Assembly: GCF_001194135.2 (NCBI RefSeq)
Contig: NC_068987.1
Location: forward strand, 45,740,706-45,804,705
Origin: Octopus bimaculoides
Taxonomy: Eukaryota
Length of the DNA: 64,000 nt
Direction: 5' to 3'
Shown: positions 25,976 to 40,067 of the stretch, piece after piece
How positions within the stretch are numbered: the stretch's first letter is position 1
Layout: every line of letters begins with the position of its first letter
The notes under the pieces: model-generated
The model's input: the letters and a program-made list of their open reading frames with translations, nothing else
The model's database searches: none
What the model was told of the DNA's origin: nothing
Made by a program: the position numbers and the translations under genes

Positions 25976-27845
25976 GATAAATTTCATAAGCCTCAAGAAA
26001 TTTGAAAAAAGTTGAATTATATAGTGTATGTCTGCCATATTTCCTGATATTATCCATGGTGGTAAAAGTACTCTTTCAAGGTGGATACATCATAGGATGC
26101 ATTGGACTCTAATATAATTAATGTTGCTTTATCTTTAGGACTGTCATTGTCTTGACTCTATTACATTTTACATTGGATATACAAGAGGTATGAAATAATT
26201 TTACTATCAAATGCAATTAAAAGATTTGCTTAAAACTTATATTTGAACGAGATGCTAATACAAAAACTGCAGCTGTATATTGTAAATCTATCAACTACAA
26301 GCAGGAAAAATTCTGTTTAGCTCTGAGGGATGGAATACACTTGTTTTGTAGAGAGAGAAAGATTAAGCAATCATTTTATGTTGAAGGTTTGGTGGGCTCA
26401 GGTGTTTGCTACAGCACTAAGTGTCAGAAGTATCTCACAAAAATAAGGAAACACAAAACAAAACAAAACAAAGCAAAAACAAAAACAAAACTTATTACAA
26501 TCAATTTTGGAATGCAAATATGAGATAGAAGTTGATAGCTAAATAACACCCTGAATAATATAATAATCCTGAATAATATAGTTCATCTTGAACATAAACA
26601 GTCAGTCATTTTGAATTTTGATATTGGCCAATGAACCGTTGTCTGCTTCTTTTTCCCTCACCATCATCCTTTAATGTCCACTTTTCTATGCTTGCATGAG
26701 TCAGATGAAATATGTTGAGCAGGTTTTCTATGGATGAATGCCCTTCCTGTTGCCAACCCTCACCTCTTTCCAAGTAAGGTAATATTTTCCCATGGTCAGA
26801 CATATTTTTCATGGAAGACTGGAAACAAATAACATCATTTGTCTAATGCCGATGCTTGTTAATGTCAAAACAAGGGTACACACACTCATACACACATACA
26901 TACCCCATACATACATACATACATACATACATACATACATCCATCCATACATACATACATACATATACCCTGGGCTTCTTTAGTTTCCATCTGCCAAATC
27001 CATTTACAATACTTCGGTTGGCTTGGGGCTGTAGTAGGAGACACATGCCCGGGACTGAACCAGAGGTCACATGATCAGGAAGGAAGCATCTTAGCCATGT
27101 GGGACTGAACTAAAGACTAAACAGTTAGGAACTACAGTCATACCTGTATCTATTTTTGTAAATTTTACACTACACTAAAATGAATATTATCATTCTAGAA
27201 TATATAATCAGGTAGACTTCAAAATGTTGATGACAGTATGGAGTCAAGAAGACTGATATTTGAAAACCTTAGTAAATTAGAAAATGAGTAAATTACATGT
27301 TTGATTACAACTTAAGGCCATATACTAAAACAAGCCAATCTAGTGTTGGTAATTATCTGTTTTAAGTAGCTGAGAGATAAAACTCCTCTTCAGTAGGATG
27401 TTGATCCATTAAGATTGTATCCCTAGTTAGAATAACTACTCTCTACTGCAAGTCAATGAGGTATACTCATCAATATCGCAGTGTTGCTGGTAAATAAAAA
27501 AGTGAAATTATTCTACATATGCTTCATATTTAAAAAAGTGAGCTTCTGTGTGGTCACTTGAAATGTTAAAAATTGCTGCTAAATATCCTTCAAATCATTC
27601 CTACTGATTTATTATGAGGACAGGGCATACTAAATAATGTGTTTAGAAGATAGGATGGTCATGAATGGAATGTCGTTGATTATGGGTCTGCTTGTACAAA
27701 GTTGATGTGGGGTTAACAACAATTTAGAGCTTTGGAAATTCCATTTTTCAGAGTTGTCTCAGACATAGATATAACACCATGTTGGTGACAGGATACAAAC
27801 CATTAAACTTTAGACTGGTTGACAGGTACTCTAATTACTTAATAT

Positions 27846-27883
<38 letters not shown>

Positions 27884-28720
27884 TATACTCATGCATCAGA
27901 TAGAAACACTAATATACATAAATACAAATAAATAAATAGACATGCACCCATTATCACAGAGAGATAGAGAGATAGTAACTATCTTTCTCTATTATACTTC
28001 AGTGGAGCAATACACATATACATATTTACACTTCATATGTATCAGTGTATACATACACAAACATTTCTATTACATTGAAGCATATGCGATGCAAACTACA
28101 AATACACTCTTGAAGATACAAATGCACAGACACACACATACACACATGAATCCACACCTAAACATATATACAGATGAATGGTAAGCCTAACATGCTACTT
28201 GGTTTAACACTGACATCTGGTCGTTGGATACCTTTAACAAGGGGAAATCACATAATCTGGTGGTCTTGGCACCGCAGATGCGGAAATTTACCCCCCCCCC
28301 ACTAGCAATATAAATAAGAGTGCATTTTGCAACAAAAACCAGTATGAGAGTTTCTCTCATAGCATCTACTGTAGCAAAGTTTATTCTAACAGAACATCCA
28401 TGTTTAAGTGGAGATAGAGATTACCTTTAAAAAAGTTCACACTGTTATTAGCATACATACCAGAACCATAGTTTTCTGACATTGACTCCTGACTACAAGA
28501 ACAATAAGTAAGGACTTCTTTCCTGTTTTCCTTTAAAAGGTTTACATTTATTTTTTACAAACCATTATGGACTGAAATTTTGTTCACAGGCTGTACCAGA
28601 GCTTAATTTTTTTACAACTACTTGTATAACCAATACCATGGAGTATTTTATAGGTTTTTCACAGCTGAGAGCCAACTTAAAAGAGACTCAAGAAATCATC
28701 TTTAAAATTTTAAATTGTAA

Positions 28721-28948
28721 CAGGGTGTGTTAGAAAAACCTTCTGTATTTTGGATAGTCATTGATGAGGTGCAAGTAAAATTAGGCAGATGGTAGCAGTA
28801 TCTTCGTGTAGCTAATGTTTTACTGGTTTTTTTTTGTTTTTTTTGCAGTTACCATTTTGTTTTCAACTAGTGTACACCATGCATTTGCTATCGAAATGTT
28901 TATAAAGAATGGTGAATCTAGAAGGGTTTTCTTTTTTGATGCTCCCTG
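28721..28948 (+). mobile_element. Internally deleted Tc1/mariner-type element
   Basis: Ends CAGGGTG...AAAACCTTC and GAAGGGTTTT...CCCTG|TA; internal HHAFAIEMFIKNGES resembles a transposase N-terminal HTH. Confidence 0.55.
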
Positions 28949-31074
28949 TACAAGGTGAACATGGATCATAATATTGAATTCACAAGTCTGAGAGAGTCTT
29001 AAAAGAACAAGGACACTACTACTGCTCTCCAGGTTAAACAACTAAAAACAATGGAGTGGAATGGTTACCCAAATGGTCAGAGTTCTAGTCTCTCCTGAAA
29101 TGAAGTGGTTAAAGGCCGCAGGTTTATGGAGTGATGTGTTGTTGAATCAACTCTAGTACTTTACTGCTTCTTATTATCTAAATCTTCCAGTTTAGAAACT
29201 TCTGAGAACATTATCACTATTGCCTAATGTCATTGTCATTGTCATAGTTGTTGATGTTGTCATTGACATCATTGTCATCGCTGCTACTTCTGCTACAGCT
29301 ATTATTTATCATCTGCATTCCATGTTGGCATGGGTTGGCCAGTTTCACAGGATCCAATGAATGAGAGGACTGCATTGAGTGCTTTGGTATGGTTTTTATG
29401 ACTGGATGCTCTTCTTAATGTCAACCACTTTACAAAATACTGGGTACTTTTTACATGCCATCAGCACAGTAGAGTCACTAAGTAACTCACATTACAGAGT
29501 TGAGGTGCAGTACCAAGGGAAGTGGCTTTGTTCGAGGTGCTTGAAAAATGTTCTTAGTTTAACGAATCCAAAAAGTGTGTTCAAAATCAGTCTGATTATA
29601 ACTTTTGGTCCCTATTCTAGAAGGAGAGTGTTTTAATAAAATGAATATGAGCAATCTTTGATTTAAGATAAGACTATCAGGATCTTTTGATGGCATACCA
29701 TGAAATAGAAACCATTGTATTATCTGTTTGCAATTCCTGTAATATGATACTGAATCAGCCTTTCCATGGAACCAAATCGAAGATCAGTATGTTTTGACTA
29801 TTCAACCATAGCACGATTTAAAGTTCAACTAGTTTAATTGTGTCTATTTAATCATGCCACAGGTCAACATTTACATTGCATAAACTTTGAGTGGCTCTAC
29901 CTGAACTGACATGATTTTCATTTCACAATTATTATATTATTCTTTACATTCTGGAGCCTAAATACATTTGAATGCAACAACAGCATTAAAAACAACCATA
30001 AGATAATAAAAATGATAAAAAAGCAATTATAAAGCTAGATATATAAATAAATAGAGAGAGGGGGAGAGGGGAGAGAGATGGAGGGAGAGGGAGAGGGAGA
30101 GGGCAGGAGAGGGTGAGAGAGGGCAGGAGAGAAAGAGAGAGAGGGGAGAGAAAGCGAGAGAAGAGAGCAGAAGAGGTAGAGAGCCAGAATAGAAAGAATA
30201 ATTCTATGAGAAATAAGTACATTTTAATCTGTATCTCTTAGAGAAGTCCCTCCATTTCCACCAGTTTTCAAGCATGAGGAATCTCTCTCACATCAATAGC
30301 AACCACTACCATTTGTATTGCAATGGTTACCATTACTTAAACTCTTAATGTGAACACCACCTTCAATATTCTTAAAAGCACACACACTCACACACAGGTG
30401 GTGACAAACACACACATATATATACAGTCACATACATATGCCAAGCTCAAGCTATATACATAATGAAAGATGACACATAATGTACACTTATGCACACACA
30501 CACACACACACACACACAAATACACACACATACATGTATATACACACATATACACACCACTAACTAGACAGAACAAACATAAAAACAAAAACACAACATC
30601 CATACTCTACATGCTCACGCATGTACACATACATATTAAGCACTAATTAGACATACAATAAATATAGCACATCAATCACAGTCAACGTGCACACACACAC
30701 ATACACACACATACACGCACACATGCACACATACACACTCTTACTATGCACAGCATACACATACCCACACAAACACAGACACACAATTCAAGCACAGACA
30801 TACACATACAAAGGCTGACAAAATATTTAATAAGGACATATTTAAAAAGACAAAAAGTGTTCATCTTTTTCAAAATCCATGTTTGTTCGTTTAATCTTTT
30901 TTCCTGGAGATTTCTTAGAAGATAAGCAACTTAATAGGAACATCTGCGCTTTTCATTTCATCACTACTTTTATAGGTTGCACTTGCTGCAGTGCATTTGC
31001 TAGCATTGCAAAAATCTTAAAAGAAACAACTTTTTGGTAGGAAAAAAAAAAGGATAATTTAGTGAGATTAATCA

Positions 31075-31403
<329 letters not shown>

Positions 31404-31404
31404 A

Positions 31405-32072
31405 ACGTGGCAAACTGGCAGAATCATTAGCACACTGGGTGAAATGTTTAGTGGTATTTCGTCTGTCTTCACGTTTTGAGTTCAAATACTGCTGAGGTCA
31501 ACTTTGCCTTTCATCCTTTCAGGATTGATAAATTAAGTCCCAGTTGTGTACCAGAGTCGATGTAATTGATTTATCCCCTCCCCCAAATTGCTGGCCTTCT
31601 ACCAAAATTTGAAAAGAGGTAGCAAGATGGCAGAATTGTTAGCACACCAGGCAAAATGCTTAATGGCATTTCGTCCGTCATTATGTTCTGAGTTCAAATT
31701 CCACCAAGATTGGCTTTGACTTTCATTCTTTTGGGGTCAATAAAAATAGTACCAGTTGAGCATCGAGGTCAATGTCATCAACTTATCCTGCCTCTGAAAT
31801 TGCTGGCCTTGTGCCAAAATTTGAAATCATCATTGTTATCATTATTATTAAGGCAGCAAGTTGGCAGAATCATTAGCACACTGGACAAAATGCTTTGCAA
31901 CATTTCTTCTAGCTTTACATTTTGAGTTCAAATTCTGCTGAGGTTGACTTTGTCTTTCATCTTTTCAGGGTAATAAAATAAGTAGCGGTCAAGCACAGCG
32001 ATCGATGTAATCAACAAGTCCTCTCCTCCCAAACGTCAGGTCTTGTGCCTATAGTAGAAAGGATTATTATTA
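31405..32072 (+). mobile_element. Three head-to-tail SINE family A copies
   Basis: Heads (CTGGCAGAAT / ATGGCAGAAT / TTGGCAGAAT) at about 31413, 31627 and 31861, each followed by B-box, core and tail. Confidence 0.85.
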
Positions 32073-32726
32073 TCGTTTTCATTGTGAAGGTGCATGGCCT
32101 AGTGGTTAGGTATTTGGCCCATGGTCATATGTGCATGGGTTCAATTCCTGAATTGGACAGTATGTTGTGTCCTTAAGTAAGATAATCATCTGAACTGAAT
32201 ATCAGACACTGAGTGCTGGTACAGTTTTCTCTCTCCCTCCAACTGTAACATCCTGGATGCTTGAATGGATCAGAAGGTGAGAGGGCAGAGAAAATGCTTG
32301 TGTTTGCTCATCCTCACATAGGCACTTAAAGCAACCAGTGAAAGCATGGTACATGTTAGCAAGTCATCTTTGATACTCAGTGAAAGTAGCAGTATTCACT
32401 ACACGTGATTTTGCATCGTACTCAGTATTTGGGTGTATTATCAAGTGAAGGTAAATGGAAAAATAATTTTTTTTTTAAATAAGCATCTTCTAATAAAGCG
32501 AGAGGAATTTAATTTCTTTTGTTTATTCTACCTGGTAGTGGGACAAAAAAAAAAATTCATTAATTTGCAAAATAAAAATTTTCTTCTATTTGTAAATTAA
32601 TAACATGGCTTCAAGAAATGGCTATGAAAATAAAAAGGAAAACTAATACATTCTTACAGATAGCAAACAGAGGGGAAAAAAATTCAATTCCTCAGCAGAA
32701 TACACATATTTTACAAGAAAATTAAT

Positions 32727-33043
32727 AGCCTCGGGCCGACCAAAGCCATGTGAGTGGATTTGGTAGACGGAAACGGAAAGAAGCCCGTCGTATATATGTA
32801 TATATATGTATGTATGTGTGTGTGTATATGTTTGTGTGCCTGTGTTTGTCCCCCCAACATCGCTTGACAACCGATGCTGGTGTGTTTACGTTCCCGTAAC
32901 TTAAGGTTCGGCAAAAGAGACCAATAGAATAAGTACTAGGCTTACAAAGAATAAGTCCTGGGGTCGATTTGCTGAACTAAAAGCGGTGCTCCAGCATGGC
33001 TACAGTCAAATGACTGAAACAAGTAAAAGAGTAAAAGAGTAAA
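32727..33043 (+). mobile_element. SINE family B, young 5'-truncated copy
   Basis: ATAGCCTCGGGCCGACCAAAGCC...GAAGCCCGTCG; CpGs retained; (GTAAAAGA)n tail. Confidence 0.85.
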
Positions 33044-35644
33044 GAGTTTTCATAATTTTCATACAGAAAGTAGCAACATTATATTGAATAATTTAAACAT
33101 GACTGATGATAGCAACAACATACACACATTTCCTCCTACCCTACTGGAAAAAAAACAAGTGAAAAATTTTATTTGAGTGATAAAGACAATCCCAGGTCTT
33201 TCTTTTTGACTAATGCTGCTCCAATAGACAGACTTCAGGATAGTATGAATTGCTGAATGAAGAAAAGATTTAGAATCAACATTAATTTATTGACAGCTTA
33301 GACTTCATATCTGAGTACGTGCCCACTGTAGATGCAAACAATAATTCTTTCACTAAAGTGGTTGATCTTTATCGCTGGCTATTTCCAGTTCCTCTGCTCA
33401 TTAACATGTGATGAGTCACCACTGACTTAAGCAAGTTCCTCTACTGTATTACCACATCCACCAGCTATGGTTTCAATGTCACCCAGGCAGGGGATATTTT
33501 ATTGAGTCCTCTAGATTCACTGCATTTTGCTCAAAACAAGGCACCTCAAGATAAATATGGCTCTTCACCATGCACAGCACCCTATAGTGTGAGGAGGCTA
33601 GGAGCATATCCATTATATCACCTCTGATTCTCAGAGTTTAGAATAGATCTGATACAAAACTGCCACTGTCAATTGTTTTTTTATTTGACTCGTGAAATTT
33701 ATGTCTCTCTCTCTCACACACACACACTCACACACTACATACTCCTGCTAGTTCTTGTCACTCTTGACTCCTGAAGTCAAAATAGGAATGGCTCAAACTA
33801 GCATTTTATGGTGTGTGCAGTGCAAACACTGAAGGTTGATATTGCCACTCCCTGGATGTTATGACTACATACTTTTAGATCTGTAGCATATTTTTTCAGA
33901 TCCATTTTTGCTGTTAACCTTATTGTTAGTTTTGAGTACTATGCACACAGTTCTGTTGACTTTGCCTCAACTGTAGGAGGTGATATTATTCTGCACATTG
34001 GCTAGAGCCACTTGTAATTGCTCATTCATGGGCATGAGAAAGCCCCTGTAGCTTTTAAGATTCAGGAATTTGTTATTTTTCCGTCTCACTGTTCAATAAG
34101 GAATTGAGACAAGGATGCACTCTCCTTTGTCACATATCTCAGCCAGGCACACCTTTTCTTCATTATAATGAAGAAAAGGAGTTCAGCCAACTGCCCAAAA
34201 TGGTAGATAATTATCTATCATTTTGGGCAGGTTGTCCGGACCAATACCACTTTTTCTTTCCATGTGTTCTTGTCTTCCATGATATTTTTGAGATCTTCTT
34301 TAAGTTGACCTAATTGACAATAGTATGTCAGAGAAACAAGAAACTATTATTGATATTATTAGATAAGATACTCTGTCAAATACTATATTCCTTTGCCTTC
34401 ACCCTTTTGATATAAATCTGCCAAAGATCACTGCTAGTCCTATGATATAAGCTTCCTGTTTTAAAGTGATCTTAAATTAGAAATTTCACAATGATGATCA
34501 TTTTCCAAGATTCTTTATTACTGTCAAATTTAATTGGCGTATTTCAGCAGAAATATTGTAACAAAAGGGTTTAAAGATTTCATAGAATCTTTCATATAAA
34601 ATACACAAACTAAAGGATGATAGAGCTGTTTTTAAGAATGAGTGAGGTAATGAGAAACTTTAGATCTACTACATTTACCAAACCATTACTGCCCTGCAAG
34701 TAATGGGGAGATGGGAAACCAAGGACCTACCACATTTAACACGGGAAATCTGCATCATAAACATTCAAATATGTTGAATGCAGGCAGAAGCATCAGCGAG
34801 AGTGTGGAAGCAACAGATTTCATTGTCAGGTAAGAGCAGACATTGAAAGGAGGGAGGGGCATGGAAGATGTAAATTATCCTGACCCTGGCAGCAGGTGAT
34901 ACTAGGAGAGATTAAGGGGGTAGTTGTGAATGAAAAAAACATGATGATGACGATGATTATGATGATGGTAGTGGTGGTGGCGGTGATAAGGAAGATTAAA
35001 AAGACTACAATGTTGATCTCGGCACACCACCCTTAGTCTAACATATGTTATTCAAGTTTTGATCAGCTGAGATAAGCTTTATTTTGTTAAGGAGTTTTGT
35101 TTATCTAGACATCACTAAGATTATGTCTTGTTTTTGTTAATGACATATGCATATATGGGGTTGGTGGTGGCATGTGGTGATTTTTAGTGGTGATGCAGGC
35201 TTATAACAGTGGAATAATGTTGTGATTCTCACTGTGTGTGGCTGTATTCATAATAGGAAGTGATAGTGAAGTTGATGCAGTTTAGCCCCAGGTCAGCCTT
35301 CATTAATTACATCCATGATCAAAAGGATTCCAAACATGACCTTATAATTTTTTTTTCTATTTAGGCATAATGTATTTATGGCTACATTGCACGTGTCCTT
35401 CCTTTTTTTAAGATAGTAAGAAAAGATTTGGTTGCTATTTTTAGCATGATGAAAGACCGTATAGAACGGGTATGGGCAACCTGTTTTTGAGAAGCAGGTT
35501 GCATGGGGCATAGCTCATCTTCAGGTAGGTCACACTTCCGAGAAAAATTCAAGATAATTTTTCATTAGGCATTCTGAGATTCTCAGTGGGTTGCAGTTTT
35601 GCCTATGGCTGATGTTGAGGCTATTGTGATACTTGTTTTGTGTG

Positions 35645-35675
<31 letters not shown>

Positions 35676-35689
35676 GTATGGGAGAATTT

Positions 35690-35850
35690 ACGAAAAAAAC
35701 AACAACAGACGAGGACAGGTGGTGTAAACAACAAAAGGATGTATTAGTTTAACACTTGGGAATAGAGAAAGTCTTTAACGTTTCGAGCTATGCCCTTCAA
35801 CAGAAAGAAATAAGGAAAAAAACAAGGAGAAAAAAATTTAAATGTAGTGG
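35690..35850 (-). mobile_element. Penelope-like terminal repeat fragment with a hammerhead-like motif at 35773-35807
   Basis: Minus strand: CTTT-CTGTTGA-AGGGCATAGCTC-GAAA-CG-TT-AAAG; flanked by (TA)n. Confidence 0.55.
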
Positions 35851-35874
35851 TCAGCGATCTATATATATATATAG

Positions 35875-36250
35875 GCATAGCTGTGAGCTAAGAAGGTTGC
35901 TTCCTAACCACATTTCTGGGTTCAGTCCCACTGCGCAGAACTTTGGACAAGTGTCTTCTACTATAGCTTTAGACCAACCAAAACCTTGTGAGTGAATTTG
36001 GTAGATGGAAACTGAAAGAAGCCTGTTGTGTGTGTGTGTGTGTGTATCTCTGTTTGTCCCATCCACCATTTGGCAACTGGTGTTGGTGTGTTTATGTCCT
36101 CGTAACTTAATGGTTCAGCAAAAGATAATGTTAGAATAAGCATCAGGCTTAACAAAAAATGAGTACTGGAGTTGATTCATTCAACTATAAATTCTTCAAG
36201 GTAGTGCCCCAGCATGGCCATGGTCTTATGACTGAAAAAGGATAAAAGAC
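35875..36250 (+). mobile_element. SINE family B, full length
   Basis: Head, CORE-like block, (TG)n and GTGCCCCAGCATGGCC tail. Confidence 0.8.
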
Positions 36251-37215
36251 AAAAAGAGTGATTGTGATGGTGGTGTACAGACCTAAAATGGTAAGCAGTG
36301 CTGACAAATGGGTGATGGTATGGGATAGTGTAAGATTGTGGTTATAATCCAATATGGATGGCTGAGTTCAGGTGTTGCACTCATGAACATGAGATTTTGG
36401 TTTTTATCCCCAGACAAGCTATGTGTTGTGTTCTTGAGCAAAATACTCCACTGCTAAACATTGCTCCAGTCTACTCAGCTGTGAATGGGTACCCTTGTGA
36501 TGGATTAGTGTACAAGGGAGTGATGGTGACTCATGAAAATCACCCAAATGGAGTTCTCAGGGGTCAGGTTTTGTATTCAGCAATTGGAAGGATGAATAGT
36601 GCAATCCATACTGTAAATCCTGAGTGGTTGGCATTGGTTGTTCAACCATGTCAAAGGTCATCATCGTCATCATGGACACTGTAAAGGTGATGGTAGAAAA
36701 CAATATGTACTGATATGGTGAACCAGTCTAGTGAGGTATGATTTGAGAAAGGCTATTTCTAGCAGAATAACAAGTCATGGTGGTGGTGGTAGCTGACACT
36801 GACATAATTTTAAAAAATCAGAGACAGATATAATATATGTTGTCTGAGACAACACTATACCTTGTGGAGAGAAAATATATAAGTTGAAATTACTTTTTAC
36901 ATTCAGTTTTCCATGCTGGCATGGGTTAGACAAGTATATATTATTGAGGCATTGTTTTAAAGTAGGATGTTCCTCCTGTTACTCACCTTTACCTGTTTTT
37001 AAGTAAAGGATCTCTTATTCCACATATTTATAAATGCTCAGTGTGAGTGGAGGAATTGTTGACAGGAAAATGACAACAAACTTCACTGTTTTGTCGACCA
37101 GCAATGTTTCATATGAAGCATGCAGGATGTAAATACACCTACCCATAAATCACACACCTACACACACAGAGCAGAAATTTGCAACTGGTCCTTCTGGTGG
37201 TGTAAAGCTCTTGTA

Positions 37216-37500
37216 GCAGTGCCACATAAAAGTACCCATGCAGTACTATATAAAAGTGCCCCTGCAGTGCCATGTAAAAGTGCCCATGTAACACCATGTA
37301 AAAGCGCCCTTGCAGTGCCACATAAAAGCACCCAATACACTCTGTAAGGTGTTGGTGTTAGGAAGGGCAGCCAGCCATAGAAACCATGCCAAATCAGACT
37401 AGAGCCTGGTGCAGCTCTTCAGCTTGCCAGCTCTGGTCAAACTGTTCAACTCATGCTAGCATTGGCAACAGACATTAAATGATGATGATAATGATGATGA
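37216..37500 (+). mobile_element. Family C retroposon with 5 x 24-bp internal tandem expansion
   Basis: GCAGTGCCACATAAAAGTACCCAT-like unit x5 (37216-37335), then AGGAAGGGCA...CATGCTAGCAT...(GAT)n. Confidence 0.75.
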
Positions 37501-38140
37501 TGGAATCTTTCAATTTTCATCTGCAAGATCCACAGACCCACTCACATGACTTTTGTCAGTCTGGGATTAGAGGTAAATGGCAGTTGCCCAAGGTGCTGTG
37601 CAATGGGACTGAGCCTGATACCACGTGGTTGGGAAGCAAACTTAACCACACAGTCATACATACACACACATGCACTCACACACACGTATACACACACACG
37701 TATACACACACACACACACACACACATACACACACACACGTGCATATACATACTATATTATACATTACTGTTATTTTTGACACTGACGACAGCAGGAAAT
37801 GTGTACTCAGTGACCTCTCTAACCAATTAAGTTAGACTAACTTGACTAACAAATATTGCTTGGCTAAGTAGACCTCTGAAATATCAATTAAACTTTCCTT
37901 GTTTTCCCAAATTAATAACAATATACTGGCACAGCTTTATTAATTAGACTTCTCTCTTTCAATTTCTATAGTTTTATGCATGATACATTACTTATTTCTT
38001 TGTTGGGAAAATACTGAAGATAGTGGTGGGCTGTTTAAAGAAAACTTAAACCACTATGCTAGCGAGTCATGTGACTTGTATACATGTCCCTTATTGGCTC
38101 ATGTTATCCTATAGATTACAACTTAAGGAACAACTTAAAA

Positions 38141-38360
38141 CCCGTTAGCATTCAGATTACTCTATCAAATGTAATGGCTAATTTACACATATTGTTTTAA
38201 ATTAATCATGCATTATCTGTAGATTCAAGATTTCAATGATGTGATTGTTTATATTTAAAATGACATTGTAAGGTAGGTGTAAGAATCTGGATCTTGCTGG
38301 TTTGAACATAAAACAGACAATATATTTGGGATGAATATGGCTGGTTTAAATGGAAAAGAC
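38141..38360. mobile_element. piggyBac-type MITE (decayed)
   Basis: CCCGTTAGCATTCAGA start, GTTTAAATGGAAAAGAC|TTAA end; homologous to 60578-60797. Confidence 0.55.
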
Positions 38361-39735
38361 TTAAGTCAGTAGAGATTTGCTGACTTGAGGGGATAGTTTT
38401 CATTGACCAGAGCCTATGACCTACCAATTAGTTGAATACTAGCTAATTGAAGTCTGCCCCAAATTTAACCATTTTGCTACCATATTTCTGTTGTTATATA
38501 CTGTCTGTGTTTCAATTAATTATGATAACAATGAAAAATTGGTAAAATAACTTTGTCACTATCAAGCTGGTATTTGGTACATAAATCAACATGAAATTTT
38601 ATTGCATGGTTTTTCACATAGATCACTTTAAAACAGAAAGTTTGTATCAGAGAACCAGGGGTGATCTTGGGTGGCTTGGTATCAACAGGGTTGATGATGT
38701 GAACTAATAGCATTCAGGTTGAGACCTTAGACATGTGTTGAAATATGTACAGAGGTATGTATGGAGGTATGTATTGAACTACAACACTACAAAATGTGTG
38801 AAGTTGAAACTGTCCCCTATTTTACTGTATTAAAATATAAAACTTTATCATTCCATCTATTTATTTCTGAGATCCTAATATTGAGCAATGTGCTCAATAT
38901 TAACCCCTGAGGGTCTATGTGGCTATCCAAGGTTCAATAAACATTGGACGAATTATTAGAGGAAGAATACAGAAATTTAAGACTAAAACTCACTAATCTC
39001 CAGTCAAATATCAATGCAATGACTTGTATTCAACAAACACATATTTCACATTAAATATTCCCGCTAAACCAATATAATGACTGAATTTTTATTGTTATAT
39101 ATCAATTTTATCAAGTATTTTCATTAAATTTCTTTAGATTTTTTTATTGAGAATTAGTAATGACACAAAAGATCAAAGGAACTATAGTTTTAAATTAAGA
39201 GATTTTTCCTTAATAATACTTTTAATTGTATTTTAGAAATTTACATGATGGGGGTCAATAAGTTATCAACAACTCCATGAAAGGGGTCAATGATATAAAA
39301 AGTCTGCTGACCCCTATTTAGGCAAAATCATTTCTCAGTTTATAAGATTATTTAGCAATCAAGTGTAAGGTAACTGGTCCAAAACTTGTTTTGCAGGTTT
39401 TAATGAATTTCTTTCATGAGCTTATTTTGCTGTTTTTATAGGAAATCAATTGTTTCATTATCATCATTTTCACTTTTTCACACTTGTAAGGGTCAGACAA
39501 AATTTGTTAAGGCAGATTTTCTATGAACAAATGCTTTTCCTGACACTTACGTTCAACTGTTTCCAAGCAAAGCAAAATTTTCCCATGCAAGACTGAATAC
39601 AAACAGCGTTACTTGCATGATGGTGATGGTTGATTACAAAAGTAACATTATATCAAGACAAGGGTACAAACATGCATGCATATGCAGATACACACACACA
39701 CACACACACACATACACATACACACACACACACGC

Positions 39736-39773
<38 letters not shown>

Positions 39774-40020
39774 CACCACCACCACCACCACCACCACCAT
39801 TTAACATCCATTTCCCCTGTTGGCATAGGTTGGACTACATACACACTCTCAAACATATGTGTATAAAATTAAATAAATGACAAGAGAACAGGAATTCCGT
39901 AATCAACTTCATTAGCTCACAGCTGTTTCTGCTACAAGATGCAAGTGCATCCAGAAGTGAGTGCCTGTGCATCTCCTTGTAGCTTCCTTAGAGCTTCTAA
40001 AATGTGGTGTGTATGCATGC

Positions 40021-40063
<43 letters not shown>

Positions 40064-40067
<4 letters not shown>

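Noticed and set aside
26139-26187. Plus-strand micro-exon candidate (DCHCLDSITFYIGYTR or TVIVLTLLHFTLDIQE)
   Set aside because: Too short to distinguish from chance, and unsupported by neighbouring exons.
33300-33900. Possible further RTE fragment (GGCG-like motif, minus strand)
   Set aside because: Too decayed to align reliably by eye.
34664-34829. Plus-strand AG/GT-bounded 54-codon open frame (LLHLPNHYCPASNGEMG...)
   Set aside because: No pyrimidine tract at the acceptor and no recognisable similarity.
35467-35611. Small hAT-like MITE (CGGGTATGGGCAAC...TTGCCTATGGCTG); a similar trace lies at 39245-39320
   Set aside because: TIRs are too degenerate and there is no matching 8-bp TSD.
38050-38110. 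Promoter-like GTCATGTGAC plus ATTGG motifs
   Set aside because: Short motifs expected by chance, with no linked first exon.
38516-38830. VHIINPVDTKPPKITPG and nearby DSFNFT resembling cadherin/CSPG-type repeats
   Set aside because: The two motifs are in different frames, separated by stops, with no convincing splice pair.
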